DNA from: a virus
Strand: one strand, 5' to 3'
DNA length: 30,755 nucleotides
IMG/VR virus record: IMGVR_UViG_3300031998_000511
Coordinates: 1 to 30,755 of that record
The notes beneath the pieces are model-generated. The model had not been told where the DNA came from. It did no database searches and saw only the letters and a list, made by a program, of their open reading frames with translations. The first letter of the stretch is position 1. Every line of letters starts with the position of its first letter. Shown piece by piece: positions 30,251 through 30,755 of the stretch. The position numbers were made by a program, and so were the translations under genes.

Positions 30251-30755
30251 ATGGCTAAAGAAGTTGCAATTTTTGACGAGAACGATTTTAAGCAGATAGT
30301 TTTCACACCAGCCGCGCAAGATGCGTACAATTTCGCATTGCAGAACGCGGGCTTGGAAATGGAAGCTGGTAGCGGCGAAGAAGCCGACTTTATCCAGCAC
30401 CGAAACAACAAAAGCGGCTGGCGCGATCTTTGGGAGCTTAAAACGCTTCTTGAAAAGGGCGCCGCTTCCATCAAGGAAGTTGTAAAACACACTTTCAATA
30501 TTGGCGGCTGGGAAAGCTTGCCCGAAGCGAAAGAAAACAACGGCGTAAAGATTAGCTGGAGCAAGCAAAGCTATACTTACGAATACCAAGTTGACGGGTG
30601 CGGCGCTTCCATTATGGCGGCTTTACAGGAAAAGGGCCTTTGTAGCGTTGAACAGGTTTTAAGCCTTGTTCCCGTCAACATCTTCGCGAAGGCGGCTGGC
30701 GTGAGCCAAGAAAAGATGTTTGAAATGTTCCCAGAATTCATTTGCGCGAAGGCAA
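30251..30755 (+). CDS. 5' part of the junction-spanning hypothetical CDS. It runs off the window end and continues at base 128 after removal of the duplicated 127 bp.
   Basis: ATG 30251 has AAAGGGGG upstream, and there is no stop before the window end. It is not in the ORF track because it is open-ended. Confidence 0.7.
   Translation, partial: MAKEVAIFDENDFKQIVFTPAAQDAYNFALQNAGLEMEAGSGEEADFIQHRNNKSGWRDLWELKTLLEKGAASIKEVVKHTFNIGGWESLPEAKENNGVKISWSKQSYTYEYQVDGCGASIMAALQEKGLCSVEQVLSLVPVNIFAKAAGVSQEKMFEMFPEFICAKA
30629..30755. repeat. Terminal direct repeat, copy 2
   Basis: Identical to 1..127. Confidence 0.95.

Noticed and set aside
29512-30564. 350-aa ORF on the minus strand, the longest antisense ORF in the window
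   Set aside because: It is exactly antisense to erf and to the junction-spanning gene, both of which have SD sequences and, for erf, family motifs. Its product is low-complexity (Leu/Phe/Arg/Ser-rich) with no SD. Every other supported gene is on the + strand.

Overview
The window is a complete, circularly closed dsDNA phage genome. Bases 1..127 are identical to 30629..30755, so the unique length is 30,628 bp, and one ORF runs across the junction. All credible genes are on the + strand, tightly packed, and most are preceded by GGAG/GGGG Shine-Dalgarno-like sequences. I found no tRNA, rRNA, CRISPR array, integrase, transposase or recognisable endolysin.

The late half has P22-like podovirus order: small terminase (GTG start), large terminase, DUF1353-like protein, portal, scaffold, coat, P22 gp4-like adaptor, P22 gp10-like protein, three or four ejection/internal-protein candidates, a beta-helix tailspike, and a second fibre with a sialate-O-acetylesterase-like (SASA/SGNH) domain that is much more AT-rich than the rest.

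The early half (24.3 kb through the junction to about 3.5 kb) contains a replisome-organiser-like protein, a divergent C5-methyltransferase-like gene, a protein built from 40 near-identical hexapeptide repeats, an ERF-type annealing protein, SSB, two HTH proteins, a HAD phosphatase, a DUF5675-like protein and many small unknowns.

The most unusual content is regulatory rather than enzymatic:
- An exact 14-mer (AAAAAACTAATTTA) heads five late gene blocks. A small sigma-region-2/gp55-like ORF sits in the middle of the late region.
- A GGCTGGACAAT block abuts the start codons of six early genes and clusters in both orientations at the replisome-organiser gene.
- There are four TTGCWT-16/17-TATATT promoters.
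- The methyltransferase cassette is bracketed by direct repeats.
- Two non-coding regions are paralogous and iteron-rich.

All functional calls come from reading the translated ORFs against remembered family motifs. No search or alignment was run.
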